Source: Strigamia acuminata
Taxonomy: Eukaryota
Assembly (NCBI GenBank): GCA_949358305.1
Contig: OX442314.1
Location: 12,276,001 to 12,340,000, forward strand
Direction of reading: 5' to 3'
Length of the DNA stretch: 64,000 bases
Both the position numbers and the translations under genes were made by a program. Positions 1 through 12,763 of the stretch are shown piece by piece (the first letter of the stretch is position 1; every line of letters begins with the position of its first letter). Below the pieces are notes generated by a model, which worked only from the letters and a program-made list of their open reading frames with translations, did not search any database and was not told where the DNA came from.

Positions 1-463
1 CAAAATGTGTTATTGTGTAAGTAAAGAAATACAACCGTCGAAACATATTTTTGCGGATCGAAGCATTCCTAAAATAAATTACATTGTAATTACAGATTTT
101 GCAGTTTAAAAGTTTGAAATAAACGTTCAGTTTACATATGCTGCTGCAAATGAGGACGAAACAGCAATAACTAAGAAAATCCACAGCATCATTCTAGAAG
201 GCCGAAATGTAAGAACTGTGTAAATTTTTACAAACATAAAGAATGATTTTTTGCTATTTTTATATACAGGATTTCAAACGTAGTGTGGATTCAGTGGTGA
301 TTAAAAAAAAGTAATTAATAAAAAGTGTAAGGTAGGTACCAGTATCTATTCTTCATTTATTTAGTGTAGAATATAAGATTTCATTTAGTTGTTTTGGCAC
401 AATGGTATACTTGAATTACATAGTTTCTTGGATATAGTTAATGCGGTTAATGTAAGATATAAA
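1..463 (+). repeat. Copy 1 of a local duplication (runs off the window start); may hold terminal exons of an unknown gene
   Basis: Aligns colinearly with 3826-4273. GTAAGT at 17, open frame 113-208 ending at GTAAGA, acceptor at 268-269, frame 270-314 ending TAA, AATAAA just after. Confidence 0.8.
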
Positions 464-985
464 CATCGAAATTCAATAATCAAATATTTATATCCTGTAT
501 GAAAGTAATGGCATAATTTGAACTTATTATTTTACAACATTTAATGAAAGCTTATTTATTTATTTATTTATTTTAATTTTACAAATATTGGCCCACAAAA
601 CACGATTTTTTCCCTATTTTTAAATTACTAAACTTATTGATTAAATACAAAGTTGTTGAGCACCATTTATATAATCTTAAAAGTATTTAGTTAGTCAATG
701 AAACAGAAAGTGTTTTGAAAGTGTTCTCGGATGCAATGTTGTGACTGCTTGGCCACCCTTGGTGACCTACGTCACTCCACACACCGCCTAGTGGCCCCCA
801 AGCCGTACCCCTCACGGAGTGGACTGGCCTAGCTGGGGAGGAGGGAGCTGAGTGGTATGGTGAGTTCAGCAACGTGGTGGCAATTACTTCCTTCGATGAA
901 TGAGCGTTGACGAAGTGGCGGACTGGGAACTGCCAAGGCACACTTTGGTTCTGCGCACTAATCGTGCGCCGTGAGCTCAATTAGG

Positions 986-1759
986 GGAGTTCAATCATTA
1001 CGTCGCCCACGTTTCGTCGCCAATCATTTCGTCGCCTAAATTGGCGCCGAAATGATCATGTTTTCTGTTTCTTTTGTGTTGTGGTATCAGTTGGTTGTCA
1101 GGTTATTTCGTCGCCCACGTTTCGTCGCCATTCATTTCGTCGCCGATCGTTTCGTCGCCGATCGTTTCGTCGCCGATCGTTTCGTCGCCGATCGTTTCGT
1201 TGCCGATCGTTTCGTTGCCGGTCGTTTCGCCAATCGTTTCATCTCGATCATGGAGGCTTTTATTTCGCTTTGTGCGTAAAGTCTGTAGAACGTTACGGGT
1301 GTACTTTAGAATTGGGCCCACTTCAGAATGGGCCCAAAATTTGGTTACTCACCAAATAAACCCTCCTAAGTCCCAAAATGACATGATGGTACTGTTAGGT
1401 TAGGTTAGGATAGGTTAGGTTAAGTTAGGGCAAGGATAGGCTAGGCCAGGTTAAGTTAGGCTCTATTTGGTGAGTAACCAAATTTTAGGCCCATTCTGAA
1501 GTGGGCCCATTTCTAAAGTACATACACCCGTAACGTTCTACAGACGTTACGAACAAAGCTGTGACGTTCTACAAACGTTACGCATGATCGAGATGAATGA
1601 CGATAGCCGACGAAACGATCGGCGACGAAACGATCGGCGACGAAATGACTGGCTACGTAACGAACGGTGACGAAATAACCCAAACATATCGCTAATTAAA
1701 AAAAGCGTTTTTGGCCCATCAGGCTACGAAACGAACGGCGACAAAATGACCCGACCTCC
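986..1759. mobile_element. Foldback-type non-autonomous DNA transposon with 15-bp subterminal repeats and a (TTAGG)n-like centre
   Basis: Ends GGAG...CTCC flanked by direct repeat AATTAGG (979-985, 1760-1766); TTCGTCGCCGATCGT units on the left arm, reverse complements on the right arm; inner inverted arms about 1277-1358 and 1464-1550; TTAGG-like run 1394-1460. Confidence 0.8.
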
Positions 1760-2427
1760 AATTAGGTGCATAAGTGTGGCAATCTTGCACCTGCAGGCCT
1801 GGCCCACTTCGAACAGTAAAGCTGCGCAAACAACTTAGTTTGTTGCACCAAACGGTTAATTAACGGTTTCACCCCAGCCAAATTGGGGTGAAATATGCTA
1901 GGGAAGTTCTCCTCCCCTAATTATGTAACTTGGTTTGGCATGTGCCAAACCAAACTAAAATAAAAATATACGATTTCTTACATGGTGACTTTTATTTATT
2001 AAAATACACTAAAAAACGACTCAGGGTCACCACATTGTTTAGATGGAACTTGAGCTAGCCTAGCTGAACATAAAATAACCTAACTTAATTTCGCACCATA
2101 AACATATTTTAAAGCTCATCCAGCCACTACTCAGCAATAAGTCCATACATCAACTGGAATATTTAATGCAAAAAAATTAAATTAAATTTTATTTTATAGG
2201 GATTCTGCAATTTAAAAAATCAATTAAAAATTGTGCATTTTTTCCTAAATTCAGCAGCTAAATTATTTACAGAGTATTTATTTATAATTCTCTACTTGTA
2301 TGTGGTTAACATGATAGCGATGATGGTTTGCAATGCATTCTGGGTAGCATTACATCACAAGCTAGTAAAGCTAGCTTAATTTCCAAAACTAGATAATTTT
2401 ATCTAGTTTCAAAACTGATAAGCTAGC

Positions 2428-2747
2428 TTAATTTTTTTTTGACTTGCCCGCCAGGCGCTTATTCAAAACCAGGCGATTATTTAAGCCAGGCCTCTATCCA
2501 AAAAAAAAGTTGCTGACTCCGAACGTTTCGTTTGTTGAGGCTTGGACGAAGGTTGAGGTTTCGTCCGTCGAAGTTTCCTCCAAAAGGCTATTAAAAACCG
2601 TTTTTAATAACCGTTTTTAAAGTATTTTCCCGTTAACCCGGCGTTTATTTGAGGCAGGCGCTTATTGGTTTTTCGGCTGGCGGTTGCCAGGCGCTTAATC
2701 AAGAGCCGGCGCTTAATTGCGCCCGGCCATTGTTCAAGGCAGTACGG
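2428..2747 (-). mobile_element. CCGTA-ended MITE (Tc1/mariner-pogo like), one end missing
   Basis: Reverse complement of the complete copy at 39552-39901; ends GGCCATTGTTCAAGGCAGTACGG followed by TA. Confidence 0.85.
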
Positions 2748-3825
2748 TAATTACAGTTAAAAAACCACAAAAGTGTTGCGCCTTCTGGTGGAAAAAAGAA
2801 AAAAAAAGAAAAAATACAAAACGAAATAACTGCCACAAGACGGCTTACCGACGCATGTCATCAAGGTGATTGTTTTCCGATCCATGGCGGGCAAATTGTC
2901 ATCCTGGCGTATGCTGGACTTAAATCTACGATTTTGGGAACCATGAAAGGTTTTTGGGTCCGTTGGGTGCGTATAATAATTCGTCATTCATTTTGAAGAA
3001 ATATTTACAGAGTATTTAATTGCCATATGAAGAAATATTAAATGTGACGAATAAATAATGACCATAACACAAGCTTCCGAAATTTATGTAGAATTATATT
3101 TGAAATGGTTTGCAAGGGTTACAACACAGTCGTTTTTATTTTCGGCTTAATAATATTTTATTCATTCTTTTTACACACTTGCAATAATGCATCCATGTAG
3201 TCAGCTCGAGTAAGTTCGAACTCTGGACACTTATCTTCAAGGCAATCGAAGTATGGGTGCATCTAGAGATTTAAAAAATATTAGTGTACAAACATATATT
3301 ACAATGTTCAATTTTTAAGTTACATCTCCTTCGTTTTGAAATCTTATGTCTGCACAGACGGCAAGTTTCTTGTCGAGTGAATGCTTATTCTGTTAATCAG
3401 TTGTACAAAAAGGTTATCTCTTAGCAATTGTGAAATCGAAAAAAAAATGCAATACTCACAGAATTGGTGGAAAGTGCTTTTAAAAACTGTACATATTTTG
3501 TGTGATCGAGTTGCTGGTATTTATCGTACTGCATATAAAAGGCAAAGCATAAGCACACAAATACACAAACCGAATTATTAAAAGCTTGACTTGGACATAC
3601 TGTGCCGCGCCTTCTGTTGAAACAAACTCCATAGACGAAGTAGGCGAAGTTGCAATCCTGAAACATTGGTATTCGAACAAGCAGTAGAACAACAAGAAAT
3701 ATGTTCTTACAACATATGGGTATACTTACAGTTTTGACCTTTATTATGGATTTAACAATACGGTTGCATTCGTCATGGAATGGTCGAACCTTTAAATAAA
3801 TTATACTTTAAGAATAAGTTAATTA

Positions 3826-4273
3826 CAAAATGTGTTATTGTGTAAGTAAAGAAATACAACCGTCGCAACATATTTGTGCGCATTGAAGCATTCCTAAAAT
3901 AAATTAAATTGTATTTACAGATTTTACAGTTTAAAAGTTTGAAATAAATGTTCAGTTTACATATGCTGCTGCAAATGAGGACGAAACAGAAATAACTAAG
4001 AAAATCCATAGCATCATTTTAGGAGACTGAAATGAGAGAATTGTATAAATTTTACAAAAGTAAAGAATGATATCTTGATACTTTTGTACAGGAACAGGAC
4101 TTGAAACGTACTGGTGATTAAAAATATAATTAAATATTTAAGATAGGACCTACTCTTTCGTTTAATGCGTAATATAAGATTTTATTTCGTTGTTTTAGCT
4201 TAATGGTACACTTGAATTACATAGTTTCTTCTGTCTAACGCGTGTGCGTAATGCTGTGATGTTAGATATTAAA
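3826..4273 (+). repeat. Copy 2 of the local duplication, apparently degenerate
   Basis: Colinear with 1-463; the equivalent frame has CGA>TGA and the GTAAGA donor is changed to GAGAGA. Confidence 0.8.
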
Positions 4274-4659
4274 TTAAGTTAAATTAAATGTTTATAACTG
4301 GGTAGGAGAGAAAAAAAATTCCCACAAATTATTTTCAAATTAATTATTTCTAATTTTCTATTTCACTTAAGGGCCCGTATAAAGCTGCAAGAAGGGTCCC
4401 AGATCACAGACTAATCTGTGCCCCAGATCATAAAATTGCTGTTGGGGCCTGCACCACACTCCACCTAGTGGCCTCAAGTGGTAAGAGCTCTCCACTGGGA
4501 AAAATTCTTGATGAAATCCCAAGTTGAAAGCAGCGCTTTCTGATGAAAGAAAACAAATAAAAAAGAAGAAACTGCCACCAGGCGGCTTTACAAAGAGACG
4601 CTTCTTTGATCATCCTATCCATGGTGGGCAAATTGTCATTTACAATAGTAATAAATTGA

Positions 4660-4798
4660 AACAATAAAAGTAAAATTTTCACTCTTTGTGACGTAACATT
4701 ATTAAGAACCCCCCCCCCCCTCCCCGTCGTAACAAACCGTAACAAAATTTGAAATTCCCTCCCCCCCTCCAGGCGTTACGTAATTTATGGACGGCCCC
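4660..4798 (-). mobile_element. One end of a PIF/Harbinger-like MITE
   Basis: Terminus reads GGGGCCGTCCATAAATTACGTAACG on the - strand followed by G-runs, a common invertebrate MITE end; partner end not found. Confidence 0.5.
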
Positions 4799-5798
4799 TT
4801 GTGTATTTCGGAGGTTAATTTCATCATGTCTGTTGCGTCCAGCGCCTCGTGGCTCTCCTTAGACCACGTGGCGTCCGTCCGAACACTCACAAATGATGTA
4901 AAATCGATAAGCAATCTTTTTTAAATTTGTTTTTGATGGAAAAATTATTGCATTATTAGTCAGACAAATTTTTCTTCTCATTTAAGCATATGTTGAAAGA
5001 AAAAAAAATCTGTAGAAATCACATTTTTAATTTTTTTTTTAATTTTTTTTAAATTTTTTAAATTTTTCTTTTGTGCATCTCTAATACTTTCATAAATAAT
5101 TAATGAACACTGCATCCACTGCATCCACTTACATCTTAGTATAGTGAAAAATAAATGTTTAATCCCAAAAATTGAGCAAAAATTGATGACTACAGAGTCA
5201 TTCTAAAGAATTTCTTAAATTACGGGAAATATGGGACGTGAAAATTGTGTTTTATCTTGTTTGTACGACAGAATATTTTAATTTTAGCTCAGGACATTAA
5301 TAGGACGGGATATTCTTAACTGATTAAATAATATAATCTAAAAAACAATTTTGAACTTTATATGGTAGACGCTCGAATGTACAGCAAATGGTGGCGCCCT
5401 CTCTATTTCCTAGTTGGCATGAACTAGGTAAATCAGAAAACGAAGGCGGTGCCAAACGTGGGAATATTCTTGCGCGTGCTCAGAGTGTATTTACCACGGT
5501 GTATTATTTCGACACTCCCTGGTGACAAATGCCACTAAGAGCAAATCAAAAATATAAACGCCACGTTTGATTTATCCCAAAATGATGTTCTACATACATT
5601 AATTGAAGCATCTTTTATTTTTCTCAGTCCAGCAAGACTTAAATACCTTTAGAAGAAGCGATGTAAGCAGACGACATTACGAGTTGGTTTCCACAGCAAC
5701 CGACATGCGGCGCCAGCCCCGATATTGGAATGGATCGCGCCGAAACGAATGAATGTAATGTGCGGCACGCGCGGGAATCTCATTCGTTTAAGCGGTTC

Positions 5799-5996
5799 AG
5801 TCAGCGCCTGACCGTTGTTTGGAGGCTCATTCCGTGCTCATGAAGTTCAAGTCTCCGACGCGGATAAGTTTATGTTCGCGTTTATCCACAAACTACATGT
5901 TAAATAGGCCTACGGTGACCTATTGTTTCCTGATCAATTTGTCTAACGTGGCTCCTTTGGGCGCAAAGGGAATGAAAACTCAATTCAACTTGTAAG
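5799..5996 (+). other. Candidate non-coding first exon and promoter of a large host gene
   Basis: CpG-rich patch about 5680-5880, Inr-like TCAGTC at 5797-5802, strong donor AAG|GTAAGA at 5996/5997. No transcript evidence. Confidence 0.4.
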
Positions 5997-6651
5997 GTAA
6001 GAAACTTTAGCGCACTCGTTTAACCTGTCATGTGAATTGTGAATGCCAACTAATGCGATTTTGAATACGCGCTAATTTAAACCTGTAAATTACGTGTGCG
6101 CTTCAGGTGTCAGACAGAAGTTTACTAATGATGGTTTGATAATAGTTTTAATTTAAAAAAAATGGAATTTAATCATTTATGGTTTGTATTAGCTGAATAC
6201 TGACAAGTTATTTATGATTTTTTGTTTTTTCATTTTTAACTCGCATTGGACTGTTATTATCATAATTTATTAGTAATGGTTTTGTTTAATGAGTTATTGA
6301 TCAACTAGAACAATATCCGATGATTGGATATTAAGTAATTGAATGAATAAATATGGAAAATTTATTTCGACATAATTACTTAGTTGTGACGTAGTAATTA
6401 TGTTGACTTAGAGACGGTTTGGGCATCTTGTTTCTCTTGGTTATCAAGTTAAGTGAAAGTTACTTCACCTGCGGTTGCCACCTGTCATTTTCAATTTTGC
6501 ACGTTCAGGTGCATTAACCAGTTTAACAGTTCTATACTACCCAGAACTGAAAGTTCATAAGTCATAACTAATGTTAAGGACATAACGGAACTTCAAAAAA
6601 TAAAAATATTATGTATTTAGAAATGGCCTGTTTAACTTAGGTTTTACAGTA

Positions 6652-6809
6652 GGTGCATTCAATAAGTCTAAAACGTATGCAAAACTCGTTTCGTGTTTGC
6701 ACGTGACGTCATTCCCATTCCCATTGAATAACATGTTATTCAATGGGAATGACGTCACGTGCAAACACGAAACGAGTTTTGTATACGTTTTAGACTTATT
6801 GAATGCACC
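6652..6809. mobile_element. Near-perfect palindromic MITE (GGTGCATTCAAT ends)
   Basis: Whole 158 bp is an inverted repeat centred on AACATGTT, with one extra 6-bp unit (CATTCC) in the left arm; TA on both flanks. Confidence 0.9.
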
Positions 6810-6814
6810 TAGTG

Positions 6815-7060
6815 AAATGCATTTGCAAAAAGTGTATTTGTAGGCAGGAAAATACATCTGTAGGCAAATAACACATTTGTAGGTGGAAAAATAAATTTCT
6901 AAGCAGAAAAGTACATTTGGAAGTAGAAATTTTGAGGTGAGAATTGTATTTGAGTGGAAAAAGATACTAATAAATTGAATATTCAGACTAAGAAAATGCC
7001 TTTTCAGACTAACAAAGTGCATTTTCAGACTAAGAAAGTGCATTTTCAGACAAAAAAAAC
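6815..7060. repeat. Degenerate about 20-bp minisatellite
   Basis: Repeating units such as AAAGTGCATTTTCAGACTAA and AAATACATTTGTAGGCA. Confidence 0.65.
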
Positions 7061-9399
7061 GCATACCGTATTTTGTGGACGGACCTTCATTAGACCGCGG
7101 GTCTTCAATAGAGCGCGGGAAAAATTTGATTTTGCCGATAGTGCACGGGTGCACAAAAGCAGGAAATCTGGTATATAGAAGAAAAAGTGCTTTTAGACAA
7201 AATTCACAAAAACATGCAGTTTAATGTTTAAAAAAATGCATTTTGTACGTTTCTAATATCAGAGGCCTTTTAAAATTAGGAGTTTGGGCACTAGCCCCTT
7301 TAGCCTTTCTTTAATTCGATCCAGACAAGTGTGGGCTCTTACACGCGTGCCTCTCCTACAACGCGTGGTTCCGTGTCCAGTAGTTTTGCCACAGTTTATG
7401 TTTTTAACGGGCTGTTTAACCATTATAAACTTGGGTCGTTATTTTTTTTTTCTACATATTTGGGTTTATTTTTTTCAAAAATGCGTTGGCCGAAATTCCG
7501 TTTCAACCCGATCCTGGTATTTCTGTTTGAGTGGGCAGTGCTCCCAATGACCGGGATCTGCAGTTTGATTCCTAGTTCTGGATTCTTTATGTTTGAAATG
7601 TGCAATTATAAATTACATAAACTGCGATAGCAGTATCGGTCGTATTTAAGTTGGTAGCATCATTAAAACCAACTTGCAGATCTTAAGTTACTTGTTAGTT
7701 TCTGCTATGCCAGTTGATCAAAATTTAAAGTACAGATCTTTGCTGGATCAAGGGCTCATTATACGTCTTGTTATTGATAAAATATCGTATGTTGAAGAAA
7801 AAAAATTGTTATATAAGGTTGCTGCATTTCAAATGTAAGCATCGTACAAGCAAATCTGCTAAATTAGGACTTGTTTTTTTTTTCATTTCATTTAAAAACT
7901 ATGATTCCTTTTCATAGCTTTTGCGAAACGTGACTTGAAAGCATAATAGATAGTCTTCACTCGTTGAGTTTGTAGGAAAACACCATGTTGTATGAACAAA
8001 TGATCGTTTAATCACATCTACGGCTGAAATCTCTGAGGAGTAGGAACAGCCTACAAAGCTGATTACCCGTTCCCATTAGAATAGAGACATTAAGCAGCAT
8101 TGTGCAGGATGGACTACTGTGTCGTTTGTTTGATTTAAGCGTGACCGGCAACATCTATCTTTTATCTTTAATTGAGGTTTCTGTGATCTCCAAGGCTGGG
8201 TCCATGATAAAGTCGCCTTATGGAACTCATCTGAAATGATCCAATTTTGTTGTACAAGCATATTGCCCCTGGGTATAGCTGGATGGACATTGTGATGATT
8301 TGTTCTCTTAAGAGAATCTCAATCAGCAAAAGAAATGATGTCAATCTGGAGATGCAAATCTCAAAGCACTGTGTACTGTAAGTATGGGGGCGCTTAACTG
8401 TGACAGCTACAAGTGCGACATGGAACAAGTGTGACATTTTAGTTGAATTTTCGCAAATGTTTTGGCATGCAACCTTCAATCGTATGGAGATTTAATTGCT
8501 TGAAATTACTGTTATTTCTTACTTACTGTGTTTATTATCCTCTTTTATTGTAATTTATTGCTTTGTTGTTGTTTAATTCTCATTTTCCTTGTTATTTCTC
8601 TGATTTCTGGAGATAAAAGATGACGAAATTGTTATTTCAGAGTAACATGTCTGTTACGTTTACGTAAGTCTACATTGTTGCGCTTGTTCTGTGCGGCGCT
8701 TGTGGCCGTTGCATTAGCTACATCATCGCATATGTATCCCCAATAGTAAGATATCTGAAAAGTTTGCAGAATCTTAAATTCTTATCAAGAATCTTTTCTG
8801 GTGCTCTGGGGTTTCATCTAATCTTGAGCACAGGACAAAAGTAGTCATTGGGATTGGCCACTGGTCATCATGAGACTGCAGAGAATTCAAGTTCTAATTA
8901 CTTACGGGCTTTTTTCAACAGCGTACAATTCCTTTATATCTTTCCCCCAACAATGTTTGCCCTTCCCAAGGGCATACCTAATCTAAGTTAGCAATGTGTT
9001 GGGAAGAAATTTTTTTTCTATATGACAATGGTCGCCATGATTTCAGCTAATGTTCAAAAGAAATTTATTTTAAAGTTCGAATCATTATCGTTTGCACTAA
9101 CAGAAAATGGTAAAACATAGTGGAAGTGGGAAGGTTAAGTAGAGAAGACATAAAGAAGAGAATGCAATAACAAGGAAGGAAAATAGCAGTTAAGGATTAT
9201 AAGGAAGTAGCAGCACATTCCTTCTGCTAGCTAATAAAATCATGTTATTTTATCACATAAAGCTGGATGACCTTTTTGTTTACATGCAAGCGAAGGTGCT
9301 GGATTAATGTATTTGTATATTTTGATTTTTTTACATGCTAGAAGACACGATGAAATCAAAAAGAAAGAAAAAAAGAAAGAAAGCTACTGATACGATTAT

Positions 9400-9863
9400 G
9401 GTTTCGTAACAATTGCCCCCCCCCTTTATGAGAAAAAACATTGCAAAATAACATTAGGTGCGTTCAATTCCAAATTACCAAAATCCGATTAAATTTTTTT
9501 TTTCGAATCGGTTTTTAATTTTGAACCAGTTAAATTTATTAACTCGTTCAAAGTAAATCTTGAGCATGCGCAGTTCTGACTTCCACCGCCGATCTATTCG
9601 ATTTCAAAATGGCCGCCAGAAAAATGTGTTGAAATCTAGTCGAAATCCAAAGAATCCATCCAACAAGTGGATTATGAGAATCGGTTTTTCGAGACTCCAA
9701 TTCCCAAAAATATGACGCGTTTTGCATCATTTCCGCCAGGGAAAATCGAGAGAATTGAGAGAATCGGTTTTTCGATTTGAAATTGAACGCACCTAATGTT
9801 ATTTTGTAGTTAATTTGTGAGCGGAGCCAAACTGCATTATGTCATAATTTTCCAATGGTCTAT
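9400..9863 (+). mobile_element. Short interspersed repeat (host element A), interrupted by the MITE at 9457-9793
   Basis: Both flanking parts align with the reverse complement of 32705-33140 (CATTGCAAAATAACATTA on one side, TGCATTATGTCATAATTTTCCAATG on the other). Confidence 0.7.
9457..9793. mobile_element. MITE with GGTGCGTTCAATT terminal inverted repeats
   Basis: GGTGCGTTCAATTCCAAAT ... ATTTGAAATTGAACGCACC, TA on both sides; partial related copy at 35151-35330. Confidence 0.85.
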
Positions 9864-9898
9864 TCGAGCTTACCCATGGCAGAACTCTGAACTAAGCT

Positions 9899-10292
9899 AT
9901 ACTCTGGCTCATCGTAAGAGGGTACCCAGTTCCTATTGGCCGAGCCTGTTTACTCCTAACTGTTGCCTTTATACTACCACCAGGAAATGCAGTTTTGTTG
10001 TGTTTTTAATTTGTTTGATTATTGTAATGGTTGAAATGATGTTAATTGACTTTTATTTAATAATAAAATGTTTTAAAAAATCTTAAAGCAATGTTTTATG
10101 CTGTTATTTTTTCAAAATACATATTTGTTCAGTTTCTTGGTTGCTTTGTCAGGAAAGCAAGCAATTTTTTAATTTTATGATTGATTGTTTTGTCTGGCAA
10201 GCACTCAACATGTATATTGGCCTATTTTTATGTATACCTACACCAGTGAAATGGCTTAGCCAATAGGAACTGGGTACCCTCTTACGATGAGC
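9899..10292. mobile_element. MITE family TACTCTGGCTCA, copy 1
   Basis: About 34-bp inverted repeats (GCTCATCGTAAGAGGGTACCCAGTTCCTATTGGC); interior aligns with 49718-50126 and 57071-57490 in reverse orientation; right tip lost. Confidence 0.85.
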
Positions 10293-12520
10293 AAACGTTG
10301 TCCTCAACATGTTCGTTTCATTTTTGTGAGTTGCTGCGCACTTGTTTCTTCATGTGGGCCCAGCACGCTTCTTCTACCCATGTTCAAATTTTTCTATAGT
10401 ATTATGGTATTCCGTATTCGTTGAAGAGGAATAACAGGTGATACAGACAGCCCCGTGCGGCTTTGAGTCGGTATAAGTTTTGCGTAAAACTTTCCTAGAA
10501 GTTTAATGTTGGTTGGTTGCTGAAATGTTTTAAGGCTGCCTGTTGTTTGTTATCTGCTGTTTGCTTTCGCGATAAACCATGGGACTGTGGCAGGATTCGT
10601 TCGACTGAATGAGTTGGCAACTTCCCAGTAAAGGGAATTGGCACAAGACAAGTGAAGAGGACGTCGGATTGAATGTAAATGAGACTTACACATAACTATC
10701 AGGTTATTGTCCCGCACGTTCTGCTCTTTCGGGAACTACTAATAGATTCACACAACTGTGTCTTCCAAGCTCAAGTTTGAAGTTCAACTAAGCTAGCAAG
10801 TTCTTTAAAAAAATAGCAAACAAGACTTGTTGGCATTATAGAAATTAAAAAAACAACAGATTTGGTGCAACCAAATCAAGCGGAACTCGAATGCCACGTT
10901 GAACAAGGAAGGAAGTTTCCTATCTATTTGCTTTCTGCACGCAAAGATCAAAAGGAAAATTTCCTTCATGCTTAGAACAACAAATAAATTATGCATGTAA
11001 ACCGGGAGAGTAATAAGATTTGTGCCCACAGTACATTAATAGTTGAAGTAATGTTATAATGTCTGTAGCGCGGGATCTGTTCGTGAACTTGGCCGTGTTT
11101 TAAGGGAGTGGAATGCGAGTGGAAGAGAAACAGACTCTTCTCTTTCGCAATGCAGCTGCCCCTGGGATTGGGCTTCGCTTCGTGATTTATATTTTGTCTT
11201 TGCCAACAAAAGTAATATACGTTTTCACATGATGTTTATAGCTGGAATATCACGAGAAAATGGCTCCCATTGCGTGTATATTTTTCTTTTTTCCACTAAG
11301 AAATGACAAAGAAATAAAGTAGCGAGTTAAAATTATGTTTAACATGAGATTTGAGTTGTGCCAAGAAAGGGAAATGAAATGTGTACAAATTGTATTAAAT
11401 CGCGGGTACTGAGAATGGATTTGATGTCAATTTCGGGGTTGTTTACTGGACGGCGGGGAGTGGTTTGTAATCAATCATACTCGATCATAATATGAAATTA
11501 CTGATAACTTGTATTTGGACGTTTGGGTGGTCCCCGGATGGAGAATTAGTGCGAATTTACAACGGAAATGCAATTTTCAAGCTGTTATTCACGTGAAGTT
11601 TTAATCGATCACGATTTATAGAATATTTAGGCTAAATAAGAGTGTGAAACACGTGTTGTGTTATTTAAGGAATGTGTTGCCACACAATTACGCAAACGGG
11701 AATGGTCAGGTTTGTTGGCAAGGCACGATTGGAGCAGAATGACAGGCGACATTTGGAATGCACCTGTAAACATGTAACTACACACTACAGATTGAAATAG
11801 AATGACACGCCACATTTGGGAATGTCTATTTAAACGTACTTAATAACAATAATATAGACTGAATTTATGTACTCGGAAATTGTTTGAATTTTTTGCTTAA
11901 ATTAAGAGTGTTTTTGGCACTTGACTGGCAAATTCGATTTTATTAAACATGTAAGCTCTTAACACCTGCAATTATCAGTTGGTTATGGGATGAAGAAACA
12001 CATTTGTTGTTGCTCTTTAAAAGCCAGGATTGCTTCACGTTTTTCAGTAATTTAGTTTACAACATTGCTAATCGTTTAAGTGCGGCCAATCTGCGTTCTC
12101 AAGAGTTTTGGGTGATCTAAGATGATATTTTCAGAGACAGGTAAACAAAAAGTGATAAGCTCTGGGGAGTGCACACATGCTTGAACTGTATTAGCCACGA
12201 CAGAATGACGCATTAAGCCTTAATGCACCAGGTGCATTCCAAATCTCTAGTTTTAGTTGGCTCACGGAATCTTGACCTGTAAAACCTTTACTACGCTGGA
12301 TAGAATCACTCTGCAATAATCCGGATCACTCCGTAGTTGTCTCGGAGATGAGGCTTTTACAGCAAACAAAATGGGAGGGCCGCCATGTTTGAATTTGAAT
12401 GAAACAGAATTAAGGCCAGCTCTCTAAGGGTTAATTTCAATTTGATATTTTTTGGTGTAAATACAACAAATTAAATTTTTGTATATTTGCCCCATTTGTG
12501 ATTTTGACTCAAGATGACGT

Positions 12521-12628
12521 CACTGCTTGAAATTTCATATTTACTTTTTACGAACAGTAAATACAGTCTTTACATTATATTTACTTGACTTTGCAGTAAA
12601 GTAAATATGAAATTTCAACAAACAGTGC
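12521..12628. mobile_element. Small palindromic MITE-like hairpin
   Basis: TTGAAATTTCATATTTACTTT ... AAAGTAAATATGAAATTTCAA inverted pair. Confidence 0.55.
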
Positions 12629-12763
12629 ATAAACAGCCACTAAATATTGTGTTAGGCGGTGTTTTGTGTTTGGTGTACGGTCACCTTAAACACCGGAATT
12701 AAACGGAGACTTTTTAGTCCACCGAAAATAAGATAAAATCCTGGGCCCACTAGACGTACCAGA

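Noticed and set aside
687..980. 97-aa ORF in a GC-richer patch, faintly like a LINE C-terminus
   Set aside because: No diagnostic motif; interrupted by the foldback insertion; cannot be assigned without a search.
1052..1403. Overlapping ORFs with repetitive peptides (RRRSF, VADRF, SSPIV, DETIG)
   Set aside because: Artefacts of the 15-bp tandem unit of the foldback element, open in several frames.
3480..3960. Frames broken mainly by TAA/TAG, raising the idea of a reassigned genetic code
   Set aside because: TAA is the expected commonest stop in AT-rich DNA, read-through peptides are unrecognisable, and the intact 1729-aa ORF fits the standard code.
6433..6456. TCTCTTGGTTATCAAGTTAAGTGA resembles miR-9
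   Set aside because: Several mismatches including the seed region and no complementary star arm nearby.
6609..7154. 181-aa ORF
   Set aside because: Spans a palindromic MITE and a 20-bp minisatellite; low-complexity translation.
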